Shown here: positions 38,724 to 48,888 of the stretch, piece after piece
Layout of the letters: every line of letters starts with the position of its first letter
How positions within the stretch are numbered: the first letter of the stretch is position 1
Translations under genes and position numbers: made by a program
Notes under the pieces: generated by a model
Told to the model about the DNA's origin: nothing
Databases searched by the model: none
The model's input: only the letters and a program-made list of their open reading frames with translations
From: an uncultured archaeon
GTDB taxonomy: Archaea > Altiarchaeota > Altiarchaeia > IMC4 > SCGC-AAA252-I15
Direction: 5' to 3'
Assembly (NCBI GenBank): GCA_964587725.1
Contig: CAZPLO010000002.1
Span: 25,521-89,520, forward strand
DNA: 64,000 nt

Positions 38724-39605
38724 TTAAACTGTTTCAATTTGTATGGCGCCTTTGTAGACTTCCTCGGCGGGGCCGATGAGGTAGGCTTTTCTGATGTCGT
38801 CTTTTTTGCCTTCCAGTTCTACTTTCACGTCTCCTCCGCGGGCGTGGAACAGCAGCGGCCTTCCGATGTCTGCCCTCCCGTTCAATACTGCGGCGACGGC
38901 GGACGCGCAGATGCCTGTGCCGCAGGCGAGGGTCTCGTCTTCCACGCCGCGTTCGTAAGTCCTTATCTTGAACTCGTTCTCCCCCGCTTCTTCGATGAAG
39001 TGGACGTTGACGCCGTTGGGGAACAGCTGCGTGTAATAGCGTATCCGGGGGCCGATGGTCTTCAGGTCGAGGTTGTCTATGTCGCCGTTGAATATTATGG
39101 CGTGGGGGTTGCCCATGCCCACGGCGGTTATCTCGTATTCGAACCCGTGTATCATAACCTTCTCTCCGACGAATTTTTCATCCGGGTCTCCTGTGACCTG
39201 GGCTTCCCCGCGTTTCACCTGCGGGCGGTCCATGTCCACCTTCACCTCCAACACCGCGTCCTCCACCACTGTGAGTTCGAGCGTCTTCACGCCCGCCAGG
39301 GTTTCGGCGGTCATAGCCGGCGTGTCGACGAGCAGGTGGTCGTGGACGTATTTGGCGAGGCAGCGTATGCCGTTGCCGCACATTTCAGCGCGGCTGCCGT
39401 CGGGGTTGTAGAACACGAAGTTCACGTCCGCTTTACCGGATTTCTGGACGAATATGGCTCCGTCGGCGCCGACGCCGGTGTGGCGCCTGCACATTTTCTC
39501 CACGAAACTCGGTTTATCCGTGTCCGGGACTACCTTATTATCCCATTCCTCGACCACGATAAAGTCGTTGCCGCTTCCGTGCATCTTCGTGAACCTGACT
39601 TCCAT
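38724..39605 (-). CDS. dapF: Diaminopimelate epimerase
   Basis: KMHGSGNDF, EMCGNG, GNPH, ERGV-x2-ETLACGTG. Confidence 0.96.
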   Translation of the reverse strand: MEVRFTKMHGSGNDFIVVEEWDNKVVPDTDKPSFVEKMCRRHTGVGADGAIFVQKSGKADVNFVFYNPDGSRAEMCGNGIRCLAKYVHDHLLVDTPAMTAETLAGVKTLELTVVEDAVLEVKVDMDRPQVKRGEAQVTGDPDEKFVGEKVMIHGFEYEITAVGMGNPHAIIFNGDIDNLDLKTIGPRIRYYTQLFPNGVNVHFIEEAGENEFKIRTYERGVEDETLACGTGICASAVAAVLNGRADIGRPLLFHARGGDVKVELEGKKDDIRKAYLIGPAEEVYKGAIQIETV

Positions 39606-39660
39606 GTCCCATCCCTTTAGGCTTACAGATTATTAAAGCTTTGTTTAAGAATACTTTGAG

Positions 39661-41976
39661 ATGGTTAAGTGCCTGTTGGATGCGGACTACGTCACCCGCG
39701 CGGATAAGCCGGTGGTGAGGCTGTTCTATAAGACGGAATCCGGTGCTGTGACGGAGGAGGTGGAGGGTGTTGAACCCTACTTCTACGCCCTCCCCAGGGG
39801 CGATGTCGGCAGGTTGGCTGATGACGTGAATTCCCTGGGGGGTGTGGCCCGGGTGGAGGAGGTTGAGAAGCTCGACTTCGGCCGCCGGGTTAAGGCGTTG
39901 AAGGTTATGTCGCAGCTGCCACATGACGTCCCGAAGCTGCGGGAGGCGGTTGCGCGGTTGGACAGTTCCGTCGGCTACCGTGAAGCTGATATTCCGTTCG
40001 CCAGACGTTACATCATCGACTCTGGTGTGGTGCCGATGGAGGGGTGTGAATCTGTAGAGTTGAATGTCGCCGCATTGGACTTGGAGGTTGCTTCTGGCGG
40101 GGAGCCGGTCGCCTCCAGGCACCCGATTGCGATGATAAGCTACGCGGACTCCAGCGGCCTCCGTAGGGTGTGGACTTACGGGAAAGACGACCCTGGCGTC
40201 GACTACGTGGAGGTGTTGGGCAGTGAGGCGGAGATGCTGCGGAAGCTGGAGGATACCGTACGGGAGCGGGAGATAGACGTACTCACAGGCTATAACACGG
40301 ACAACTTCGACTTCCCGTATCTTCAGGAGCGCGCCAAACAGAACGGCTTCGAGCTGGCGTTGGGCGTGGACGGCCGCCCGTTCAAACTGGAGCGGCGTGG
40401 GATGAATATGGGCGCCCGCGTCACCGGCCGGCCGCACGTGGACATGTATCCCCTCTGCAGGCAGGTGTTCAACCTCCCCAGGTATCAGCTGGAGGACGTG
40501 TATGAGTCGTTGTTCGACGAGAAGAAGGTGGATATCAAGGTGGGTGAGATAACCGAGTTCTTCAACTCCCCGGACAGGGAAAAATTCGCCAGACTGTGCG
40601 AGTATTCGATGTCGGATGCGGACGCGACGTTGAAGATTGCGTTGAAGATGCTTCCGCTGGCGTATGAGCTGTCTAAGGTGATTAGGCAGCCGGTGTATGA
40701 GACGTCGCGGATGGGCAGCGGCCAGCGGGTGGAGTATCTGCTGATGGAGGAGGCTTACAGGCGCGGCATCATCGTGCCCAACAGGCCGTCGGACGAGGAA
40801 TACGGCTACCGCGACGAGACGCCGTATGAGGGGGCGTTTGTGGTTGACCCGGACAGGGGCATACACGACAACATTATCTTGTTTGACTTCCGCAGCCTGT
40901 ATCCGAGCATCATCATCTCCCACAATGTGGACCCAGCCACATTGGACTGCAGCTGCTGCGGCGACAGAGCGCCTAAGGCGCCGAACGGCCACTACTTCTG
41001 CTTGAAGGAGCGGGGTTTCATCCCCGAGGTTCTGCAGGGGTTGATTGAGAAGCGGGTGGAGCTGAAGAAGCGTTTGAAGGCGGAGGAGGACCCTGAAGTG
41101 AAGTCTATGTTGGATGTGGAGCAGCAGGCGATGAAGCTGCTGGCTAACAGCATGTACGGTTATTATGGCTTCCAGCGGGCCCGCTGGTACTGCCGCGAAT
41201 GCGCGGAGGCGATTGCCGGCTGGGGCCGCGAATACATTCAGAAGACGATTGAGTTGGCTGGAAAGCACGGGTTCAGGGTCATATACGGCGACACCGACAG
41301 CGTGTATCTGACGCGGCCGGACATGGACGACGTCGGCGAGATAATGCGTGTGTCGAAGGAGTTTCAGAAATCCATCAACAGCGAGCTGCCGGAGGCTATG
41401 GAGCTGGAGTTCGAAGGTTTTTACCCCCGGGGTGTGTTCATCACCAAGAAACGTTATGCGGTGGTGGACACGGAGGGTAAGCTGACGGTTAAGGGCTTGG
41501 AGACCCGGAGGAGGGACTGGTGTAACGTCGCCAAGGACACGCAGCGGAAGGTGTTGGATGCGTTGTTGCGTGACCGGGACCCGGATAAGGCGGCGCAGGT
41601 TGTGAAGGACGTGATAGAGGAGATTAAGGGCGGCGGCATCCTGTTGGAGGATTTGGCGATTAACACGCAGATGACCCGGAACATCGGCGGGTATGTGAGC
41701 GAGGGCCCGCATGTTGCGGCTGCGAAGAAGGCGATGAAGGAGGGTATGGACTTCAAGCAGGGCGACATCATAACCTACGTTATTACTCGGCGTGGCGGGT
41801 CAAGCATCGGCGACAAAGCGGTTGTTATCGACTTGGCGGAGGAGGGCGAATACGACCCCGACTACTACGTCAACAACCAGGTGCTGCCCGCCGTGATGAG
41901 GATTCTCGAAGCCCTGGGGTTCCAGGAGGATGAGTTGAAGGGCTACGGCCGTCAGATGAGTTTGGGCGACTGGTAG
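39661..41976 (+). CDS. polB: Family B DNA polymerase, archaeal B3 type
   Basis: Exonuclease DLE/YN-x3-FD/YSMSD, DFRSLYPS, K-x3-NSMYGY, YGDTDS, and C-terminal PIP box QMSLGDW; no intein. Confidence 0.97.
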   Translation: MVKCLLDADYVTRADKPVVRLFYKTESGAVTEEVEGVEPYFYALPRGDVGRLADDVNSLGGVARVEEVEKLDFGRRVKALKVMSQLPHDVPKLREAVARLDSSVGYREADIPFARRYIIDSGVVPMEGCESVELNVAALDLEVASGGEPVASRHPIAMISYADSSGLRRVWTYGKDDPGVDYVEVLGSEAEMLRKLEDTVREREIDVLTGYNTDNFDFPYLQERAKQNGFELALGVDGRPFKLERRGMNMGARVTGRPHVDMYPLCRQVFNLPRYQLEDVYESLFDEKKVDIKVGEITEFFNSPDREKFARLCEYSMSDADATLKIALKMLPLAYELSKVIRQPVYETSRMGSGQRVEYLLMEEAYRRGIIVPNRPSDEEYGYRDETPYEGAFVVDPDRGIHDNIILFDFRSLYPSIIISHNVDPATLDCSCCGDRAPKAPNGHYFCLKERGFIPEVLQGLIEKRVELKKRLKAEEDPEVKSMLDVEQQAMKLLANSMYGYYGFQRARWYCRECAEAIAGWGREYIQKTIELAGKHGFRVIYGDTDSVYLTRPDMDDVGEIMRVSKEFQKSINSELPEAMELEFEGFYPRGVFITKKRYAVVDTEGKLTVKGLETRRRDWCNVAKDTQRKVLDALLRDRDPDKAAQVVKDVIEEIKGGGILLEDLAINTQMTRNIGGYVSEGPHVAAAKKAMKEGMDFKQGDIITYVITRRGGSSIGDKAVVIDLAEEGEYDPDYYVNNQVLPAVMRILEALGFQEDELKGYGRQMSLGDW

Positions 41977-41988
41977 CCTTCACACACT

Positions 41989-42954
41989 CTATTCTTGTTT
42001 GGTTAGTTCCAGCAGTTTCAGGTGGAATACTAGGGTTTTCCCAGCCAGTGGAGGGTTGAAGTCTAATGTTATCTCGTCGTCTGTTACATCAACCACCTTG
42101 GCGGGGCCGTTCAACGTGACTATGTCCTGGCCTTCTTCGGCGTTCACCTCTATCACCACCTCCCCTTCGGTGGAGTAGACGAGGGCGTCTCCGAAGACGG
42201 TTTCTATGGTGGCGTTGCTGCCTGGGTGGTATTTGAAGGTTATGGTGTCGTTGTACACCTGCAGCACCTCCATGGGCCATGCTAGTTCGTAGGCGGAGGT
42301 GTTGGGTACCGTGAAGTTCAGTCCCTCATAGGGTGTTACGTTCACGTCCTCGAGGAACTGCTCTAGGCTGACGTTCTGGACTACGGGGCTGGTCTGCTTC
42401 CGGTCGACGGTCTGTATGAGCTCCTCCTGCGGGTATCCGAAGCCTTTCTCCGGCGGTATCGTAACCGTTTTTTCTTCGCCGACCTCCATGTCCATCACGG
42501 CCTCCTCGAAACCGGGTATGAGTCCTTCGTATCCTAGTGTGAATATGACCGGCTCGTACGGTCGTGCGGGGTTGTATATGCCCGCCTCCCGTGCGACGGA
42601 TTCTATGCTGGTGTCGAATACGGTGCCGTTGGTGTATCTGCCCGTGTATTCGACTTCGACGATGTCGTATTGGTCTGCTACGTTCGGGTTCTCGGGAGCT
42701 GTGGGCAGCGTGGTGGCTGACGGTGGTTCTTCGGGGCCGCCCTGGCCCATCAGGTAGGCTATGCCCGCTAAAACAGCTAAAACCGCCACTACCCCTATTA
42801 TTAGGTGTGTGGAGACCTTGAATTCCTCACCCTCTTCATCCTGTTCTTCGGCCTTCTTCTTGGTCTTCTTCTTACCGGCCTTTTTCCTTTTCTTCTTGGC
42901 TTCGGATTTCACCTGCTCCGAAGCCGCCTCCCCATTTTTTTCTTCGTCAGCCAT
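41989..42954 (-). CDS. Membrane-anchored FKBP/SlyD-type peptidyl-prolyl isomerase
   Basis: VEYTG...GTVFDTS, LIPGFEE, IPPEKGFG, DFNPPLAGKTL; N-terminal TM. Confidence 0.9.
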   Translation of the reverse strand: MADEEKNGEAASEQVKSEAKKKRKKAGKKKTKKKAEEQDEEGEEFKVSTHLIIGVVAVLAVLAGIAYLMGQGGPEEPPSATTLPTAPENPNVADQYDIVEVEYTGRYTNGTVFDTSIESVAREAGIYNPARPYEPVIFTLGYEGLIPGFEEAVMDMEVGEEKTVTIPPEKGFGYPQEELIQTVDRKQTSPVVQNVSLEQFLEDVNVTPYEGLNFTVPNTSAYELAWPMEVLQVYNDTITFKYHPGSNATIETVFGDALVYSTEGEVVIEVNAEEGQDIVTLNGPAKVVDVTDDEITLDFNPPLAGKTLVFHLKLLELTKQE

Positions 42955-43013
42955 CTTACAACGACTACATATTATAGATATATTAATTTAAAAACACAGG
43001 ATTAACACACACA

Positions 43014-45065
43014 ATGAACTCCACAGTAAAGACACTTATAGCAGCCCTGATACTCCTCTCCGCAGCCTATTCAGCCACAGCAGCAACCTGGGACACCGAC
43101 TTCAAATGGAACAACAACCACCAGGGGAGGTATTACGTTTACGGAGGTGAGGCTCATCTTACCGGATACGCCGAAGTCACCCCTCAAAAACATATTGTGG
43201 GGAATTTCGTCTTACATCGTTGTAACGGGGATGCTGGCGTGTGGGATGATTTCACAGGCAACCAAATATATGTGAGAGTACCTAACACCAACCTCCTACA
43301 GGACTATATAATCCAAAATCCAACGGTCTCTGTTACTGGGGATATGATTTCAATATCGTTTGATCAGGAGGCGTCTCGTTTGGGTGCTCTTACCAGTGAT
43401 GTATGGTATGTACGGTTCGACCTTCTGGTTCTGGAGGGTTCAACAACCCCTGGCTGCTCTGGCTGTAGCGTGCTGTGGCTGCCAACAGACCGAACTTTCG
43501 GTCCATACGAGGATTGTAACTTCTACGGCCCCCGTGTTAGGGATTTGGCCGCTTCTCCAAACGAGCTTGCATATGATTCACTATCAGCTGTTGGTGTTTC
43601 CTGCTCGGTAACCGACGACACCGGTGTTTTGTCGGTTGATGGTGAGATATCCATACCTGGTGATGGAACCCAGCAGGTGTCGATGGTTCCTGCGTCGGTG
43701 GGGCCGACGGGCAACGGCACATACGAGTACACGATACCTGAGAGTCAGATGGAGGTGTGGAACGACTCCGGCTACTGGGGTGTCTACTGGTTCAGAGTTA
43801 TTGCAGAGGATGTGGACGGTAACGTGAACGACTGGGTGAGGACGTCATTCAACCTTACCACTCCACCGGATGTGACCACCACAACCTCCACCACGACCAC
43901 GACGATACCGCAGCCCATACCGGACTCCATTAACGTCACATTCGAGTATTTTGAGGTGGAGCGTGACGTGATACAGTGGTGTGAGTTGTGGACCAACATC
44001 TCCGGCTCCTGGGGCGTTGACAAACTCAGCTACGAAGTCGAAAACCTGTCAATCAACCGGTTTATCAGGTACTATGTCCCCAACGGTACCTACATCTGGA
44101 ATGTCCGTTGCAAGACAGACACCAACTACACATTCATAGCGGAACAGCCGTGGCTGTTCCACGTCTGCATAGGCTGCGAACCCTGCTACCAGGTCTGCAG
44201 GGGCAACGGGTTTGACTACGGCATATGCCGGTCGGACGACTCCTGCTTGGATTATGAGTCGTTGGGAGGTGGCGTATGTACCTCCGGTGAACTATGCTGT
44301 TGTGGCAATGTTCAGACAACCACTACTACTACGGTGACCACTACGACCCTGTTCACCGCAACCACCATGACGATACCGCAGGTCTGCGGTGACACCTTTA
44401 TCATGGAACCTGAGGAATGTGACCCACCCAGATTTGATTCACCGGAATGCATGGCGGCGGGCTTCCAGAACTGCGACCTCGACTGCATCTGCACCAATTC
44501 GCCGATTACAACATCCACAACGTCAACCCCGACCACGACGCCGCCGACTACATCAACCACCACTACGACGTCAACAACATCAACCTCCACAACAACGACG
44601 TCGTCAACATCAACCACCACACTCGAAGTAAGCTGGAGTACTGGGTTCACTTGGAATCAGAATCACCAGGGTTCCACATACGTCGAAGGCGGCGAAGCCA
44701 ACATGGTTGGAATTGTTTCAGTAACAGGTGACAAGCATATTGTGGGGTCTTTCGAGTTAAATAGGTGTTCTGGCAACCCGGACTTATGGGATGATTTCAC
44801 AGGCAATAGCATCTACATTCGGATACCTAACACAAACCTCTTCCAGGATTTCATCCTATTCTCGCCCACAGTCACAGTCAACGATGATACAATAACCATC
44901 TCGTTTGACGAAGCTGCTCATACGTCAAGAATAGGCGATATAACCTCCGATGTGTGGTATGTCCGATTCGATTTGTTGTTGATGGAGGGTACCACCACAC
45001 CAGGATGCAGTGGCTGCAGCACCATCTGGATGCCCTCAAACTACGATGAACCCATGTGCAATTGA
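43014..45065 (+). CDS. Secreted modular surface protein with a duplicated terminal domain
   Basis: Signal peptide; a ~132-aa domain repeated at both ends; Ig-like, Cys-rich and poly-Thr segments between. Confidence 0.8.
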   Translation: MNSTVKTLIAALILLSAAYSATAATWDTDFKWNNNHQGRYYVYGGEAHLTGYAEVTPQKHIVGNFVLHRCNGDAGVWDDFTGNQIYVRVPNTNLLQDYIIQNPTVSVTGDMISISFDQEASRLGALTSDVWYVRFDLLVLEGSTTPGCSGCSVLWLPTDRTFGPYEDCNFYGPRVRDLAASPNELAYDSLSAVGVSCSVTDDTGVLSVDGEISIPGDGTQQVSMVPASVGPTGNGTYEYTIPESQMEVWNDSGYWGVYWFRVIAEDVDGNVNDWVRTSFNLTTPPDVTTTTSTTTTTIPQPIPDSINVTFEYFEVERDVIQWCELWTNISGSWGVDKLSYEVENLSINRFIRYYVPNGTYIWNVRCKTDTNYTFIAEQPWLFHVCIGCEPCYQVCRGNGFDYGICRSDDSCLDYESLGGGVCTSGELCCCGNVQTTTTTTVTTTTLFTATTMTIPQVCGDTFIMEPEECDPPRFDSPECMAAGFQNCDLDCICTNSPITTSTTSTPTTTPPTTSTTTTTSTTSTSTTTTSSTSTTTLEVSWSTGFTWNQNHQGSTYVEGGEANMVGIVSVTGDKHIVGSFELNRCSGNPDLWDDFTGNSIYIRIPNTNLFQDFILFSPTVTVNDDTITISFDEAAHTSRIGDITSDVWYVRFDLLLMEGTTTPGCSGCSTIWMPSNYDEPMCN

Positions 45066-45082
45066 GGTATAGTGCTCTGAAG

Positions 45083-46327
45083 ATGGTTTTTGAGCGTCCC
45101 CGCGGTGTGCGGGATTTCGGACCTGATGAGATGTCTGCGAGAGTGTCTGTAGAGTATGCTCTGTCGGATGTTTTCCGGTCGTTCGGTTATCGTCCCATAT
45201 TGATGCCTACGTTTGAGTTCGTGGAGTTGTTCGAGCTGAAGTCCGGGGAAGACATACGGGAACACCTGTATGTGTTCAAGGACAAGGGTGGGCGGCGGCT
45301 CTGCCTCCGGCCTGAGGCCACGGCTTCAGTGGCGAGAATGTATGCGTCGGAGCTGCGGAGCCTGCCTAAGCCGCTGCGCCTCAGTTATTATGGGCCAATG
45401 TTCCGGTATGAGGAGCCTCAGCGCGGCCGTTACCGGGAGTTCTGGCAGGCCGGCGTCGAACTCTTCGGCGTGGAGGGGCCGGAGGCAGACGCTGAAATAC
45501 TGCTGATGGCGTCCGAGTGCCTGAAGAAGCTGCGGCTGAAACACACTCTGCGGGTCAGCCACATAGGGGTTCTGCGTTCGCTTCTTGGGAATCAGGGTTT
45601 GGTTGAAGATGAGCAGGACAGTGTCCTACAGTCTCTGGACAGGGGCGACCTGGAGTCCGTTGAATCCAAGGTGGACGAGTCCTTCATTAAGCTGCTGGAG
45701 CTCCGGGGTTCGTCGGGGGTTGTGGGTGAAGCGTTGAAGTTGGTGTCGGACAAGGGTGTGCAGGCGTTGTTATCCGCATTCAAACGGTCTCTGGAGCTGC
45801 TGGATTCCGCGGGCGTCGACTACGTAGTCGACTTCGGCATGGCCCGCGGCCTGGACTATTACACCGGCATGGTATTCGACGTCCGCGTGGAGGGCTTGGG
45901 TGCTCAGGACCAGGTCTGTGGCGGCGGCCGCTACGACAACCTGGTAGGCTTGTTCGGCGGCCCGGACACGCCCGCCGTAGGGTTTGCATTTGGAGTCGAC
46001 CGCTTGTTGGAGGCTATGAAGGAGCAGGGTGTGCAGCCCGATATTGCTGCCGTTGACGTTTATGTTATACCCGTATCCGATGATGTATCGTCCCCTGCCT
46101 TCAATATTGCCGCCGACCTCAGGCGCAGTCTGGAAGGTACGGTTGAGTGCGAAATATCCGGACGTAAACTGAACAAGGCGTTGAAGGTCGCCAGCGACAC
46201 GGGAGTCAGATACGCGGTCATAGTCGGCCCCAAAGAGTTGGAGGAAGAGTCGGTCGTGCTCCGCGACATGAAGTCCGAGGAACAGTCGAACGTTAAACTG
46301 AAGGAGTTAGCCTCAAAAATCGGTTAG
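45083..46327 (+). CDS. hisS: Histidine--tRNA ligase
   Basis: RPRGVRDF, LRPEAT, FRYEEPQRGRYREFWQ, RGLDYYTG, GGGRYD. Confidence 0.97.
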   Translation: MVFERPRGVRDFGPDEMSARVSVEYALSDVFRSFGYRPILMPTFEFVELFELKSGEDIREHLYVFKDKGGRRLCLRPEATASVARMYASELRSLPKPLRLSYYGPMFRYEEPQRGRYREFWQAGVELFGVEGPEADAEILLMASECLKKLRLKHTLRVSHIGVLRSLLGNQGLVEDEQDSVLQSLDRGDLESVESKVDESFIKLLELRGSSGVVGEALKLVSDKGVQALLSAFKRSLELLDSAGVDYVVDFGMARGLDYYTGMVFDVRVEGLGAQDQVCGGGRYDNLVGLFGGPDTPAVGFAFGVDRLLEAMKEQGVQPDIAAVDVYVIPVSDDVSSPAFNIAADLRRSLEGTVECEISGRKLNKALKVASDTGVRYAVIVGPKELEEESVVLRDMKSEEQSNVKLKELASKIG

Positions 46328-46794
46328 CCCACCGGCCCCCATACGACTCCGTTGCTGACGTGTGCTAGCCCTGAGGAGGGGTTGGTGTAGCTTATGGTGA
46401 CATTGACTCTGTAGTATTCTCCGTTGCTGGCTTCGACGTTGCAGCCGCTGAAGTTGAGCATCCTTGTGGAGGCGGGGCGGAAGTCGTCCATTGGCATGGT
46501 GGTGTCGAGGTTGCACCATCCGCTGCCGCCTGAGACAACCGAGGCGTCCGCGTCGCTGACATCCAGTATGCTGCCGGCGTTGTTCTGGACAACGACCACG
46601 AAGTCGCCATCATCGCTGAGTTTCCAGTCCAGCGGCGTTATCTGGCTGAAACCCCGTTTGTCGGGGGTTACGTTCTGGGTTATGTTCAACAAACCCATCT
46701 GCCACACCAGAACTCCAACAACCATTATGACGAGTATGGCCCACCCGTACGTCATCATGTACTCGACCGCACTCTGGCCTCTAACGGCTCTCAT
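46324..46794 (-). CDS. Type IV pilin-like protein (class III signal peptide)
   Basis: RG/QSAVEYMMTYGWAILVI. Confidence 0.85.
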   Translation of the reverse strand: MRAVRGQSAVEYMMTYGWAILVIMVVGVLVWQMGLLNITQNVTPDKRGFSQITPLDWKLSDDGDFVVVVQNNAGSILDVSDADASVVSGGSGWCNLDTTMPMDDFRPASTRMLNFSGCNVEASNGEYYRVNVTISYTNPSSGLAHVSNGVVWGPVG

Positions 46795-46816
46795 GATAAT
46801 CTATGGTGTGGGAGGA

Positions 46817-46847
46817 AAATAAAAAGAAAAAGAGGGAAAAGGAGGCC
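46817..46847 (-). terminator. Pyrimidine/T-rich archaeal terminator after a pilin gene
   Basis: CCTCCTTTTCCCTCTTTTTCTTTTTATTTT directly after the stop codon. Confidence 0.55.
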
Positions 46848-47357
46848 TTATTCGTAGGGGCCTCTTATGGTTCCGGATTCGGTGTGTCCTACGGTCTGGC
46901 TGCCTATGGTGACGTCGTATTCTATTTCAACGTCGACGCTGTAGACGTCGCCTGAGGGTCCTGTCTGGCAGTCGCCTATCGATATCTTAAAGTTGTCTCC
47001 CCCGCCAACCGCTATTCCTCCACCATAGTCCCCAGCAACTGGATCAACACCGTCAGTGCTTCCAACGCAGGTTGTTGTGTCACCAGTTATCGTGACCTCG
47101 TATATCTCGATTTTGGTTCCTATTCCATTTGTGAAGGTTCCTACAAACAATCCAGGGTTCGGCGCACTGTTCCCCTGTAGTCCTGTTCCTGCTAGCTGCG
47201 GCTTTATTTTGGCGAAGCCGGTGAATGTTACGGTGGTTCCGCCCATGTTGAAGATGCCGAGCCTCCACATGGCTATGCCGACGACCATGACCACTAGTAT
47301 GGCCCAGCCGTATGTCATAAGGTACTCCATGGCACCCTGTCCCTTATTTTTTCTCAT
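46848..47357 (-). CDS. Type IV pilin, probable major pilin
   Basis: KG/QGAMEYLMTYGWAILVV; has its own TATA box, SD and terminator. Confidence 0.88.
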   Translation of the reverse strand: MRKNKGQGAMEYLMTYGWAILVVMVVGIAMWRLGIFNMGGTTVTFTGFAKIKPQLAGTGLQGNSAPNPGLFVGTFTNGIGTKIEIYEVTITGDTTTCVGSTDGVDPVAGDYGGGIAVGGGDNFKISIGDCQTGPSGDVYSVDVEIEYDVTIGSQTVGHTESGTIRGPYE

Positions 47358-47438
47358 GTTTTACACCTCAAATATTTCGATAGAATCCAGCCAAACACCG
47401 ATGTAATCTATTAAAACGGCGCATTTAAATACTGAGAA

Positions 47439-47918
47439 TCACTCGAATGGGCCGCGGATGGTGCCGAATTCGCTGTGGCGGCTCTGTACGTTACCGACCA
47501 CCACGTCGTAGGGGATGGAGAACTGGAGGTCGTAGACTTCCCCCGGCAAACCTGTGGCGCAGCCGCTGGCGCTGACCTTGAAATTCCGGCCCGCAGACAC
47601 CGTCACAGGGCTGATTTCTACGGTGGCGCACTCCGAACCGGAGCCGAGTTCGCGTATCACCGCATTCTCGGTGTCCGCGTACATTAAAGTGCCTAATCCG
47701 TTGGTGAATATGCCCTTGAATTCGCCGTCCCTGCCGAGTCCGCAGGCGGCCAGCTGCGGCTTTATTTTGGCCCAGCCGGTGGATGATACGCTGGAGCTGC
47801 CCATGCTGAATATCCCCAGCTGCCACATGGCTATGCCGACGACCATGACCACTAGTATGGCCCAGCCGTATGTCATAAGGTACTCCATGGCCGCCTGGCC
47901 GCGGGAACCAAATTTCAT
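47439..47918 (-). CDS. Type IV pilin
   Basis: RG/QAAMEYLMTYGWAILVV. Confidence 0.88.
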   Translation of the reverse strand: MKFGSRGQAAMEYLMTYGWAILVVMVVGIAMWQLGIFSMGSSSVSSTGWAKIKPQLAACGLGRDGEFKGIFTNGLGTLMYADTENAVIRELGSGSECATVEISPVTVSAGRNFKVSASGCATGLPGEVYDLQFSIPYDVVVGNVQSRHSEFGTIRGPFE

Positions 47919-47958
47919 GTAAAGTATTAAGTTTATCTGTTAATTAATTACGGATATC

Positions 47959-48888
47959 ATGTATCGTGAACGCGTGGTTGGCGTGGTGGTGCCAGCATAC
48001 AACGAGGGGGCTTTGATAACGCAGACGCTCGAATCAGTCCCCGGCTTCATAGACCACGTGTTCGTGGTCGACGACGGCAGCGAAGATAAGACATCGGAGA
48101 AGGCGAACTCCGTCGGGGACGGGCGGGTGCAAATCGTACGGCATGATGTCAACAGGGGGGTGGGCGCTGCCATAGTCTCCGGGTACCAGGCCGCCATAGA
48201 AGGAGGATGCGACCTGGTGGCGGTGATGGCCGGCGACCACCAGATGGACTCCAAATACTTGGCTCGGCTTCTGGACCCGCTGGTCGACGGCAGGGCGGAC
48301 TACAGCAAAGGCAACCGCCTGCTAAGCTCCCGCCGAAAGGGGATGCCGGGTTTCAGGCTGTTCGGCAACTCCCTCCTGTCTTTCCTCACCAAGGTGGCTT
48401 CCGGGTACTGGGATGTCATGGACCCCCAGAACGGGTACGCCGCAACAACCCGGGAGGTTCTGGAGGCCCTGCCGTTGGATAGGGTGTACCCACGTTACGG
48501 CTACCCGAACGACATGCTGGTTAAACTCAACGCCTACGGGTTCCGGGTCGTCGACGTGGTCATGCCCCCCCGATACGGCGACGAGAAGTCGAAGATAAAA
48601 ATCTGGAGCTACATACCGTCGGTGTCGTGGCTCCTCATAAAAGGGTTCTTCTGGAGGATGAAGGAGAAACACGTTTTACAGAGCTTCCACCCCCTCATAC
48701 TATTCTACGCACTTGGCCTCACACTCCTCCCGCTCGGAGTCCTCTCAGGATTCTACATGCTGTACCTCCGCCTGTCCACCGGAGGCATCACCGCAGCGAG
48801 CGCAATCATACCAATGTTCCTGCTCATCACCGGCCTCCAGAGCCTGTTCTTCGCCATGCTGTTCGACATGCAGTCAACCAAAAAATGA
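47959..48888 (+). CDS. GT2 glycosyltransferase (polyprenol-phosphate type, C-terminal TMs)
   Basis: VVVPAYNE, VDDGSED, N-x-GVG, AGDHQ, DPQNGY. Confidence 0.92.
   Translation: MYRERVVGVVVPAYNEGALITQTLESVPGFIDHVFVVDDGSEDKTSEKANSVGDGRVQIVRHDVNRGVGAAIVSGYQAAIEGGCDLVAVMAGDHQMDSKYLARLLDPLVDGRADYSKGNRLLSSRRKGMPGFRLFGNSLLSFLTKVASGYWDVMDPQNGYAATTREVLEALPLDRVYPRYGYPNDMLVKLNAYGFRVVDVVMPPRYGDEKSKIKIWSYIPSVSWLLIKGFFWRMKEKHVLQSFHPLILFYALGLTLLPLGVLSGFYMLYLRLSTGGITAASAIIPMFLLITGLQSLFFAMLFDMQSTKK

Noticed and set aside
39538-41712. 724-aa ORF antisense to polB (likewise 6464-8086, 12908-14284, 23734-24645, 27065-28000, 56468-57562)
   Set aside because: Shadow frames of conserved high-GC genes, with no motifs and composition typical of antisense codon bias.
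23809-41976. Inteins in Lhr, XPD or PolB
   Set aside because: Lengths are normal and catalytic motifs are contiguous.
44500-44625. ACN-rich tandem-like DNA (also near 43875, 44320, 33445-33540)
   Set aside because: Explained by poly-Thr/Ser linkers in coding sequence.
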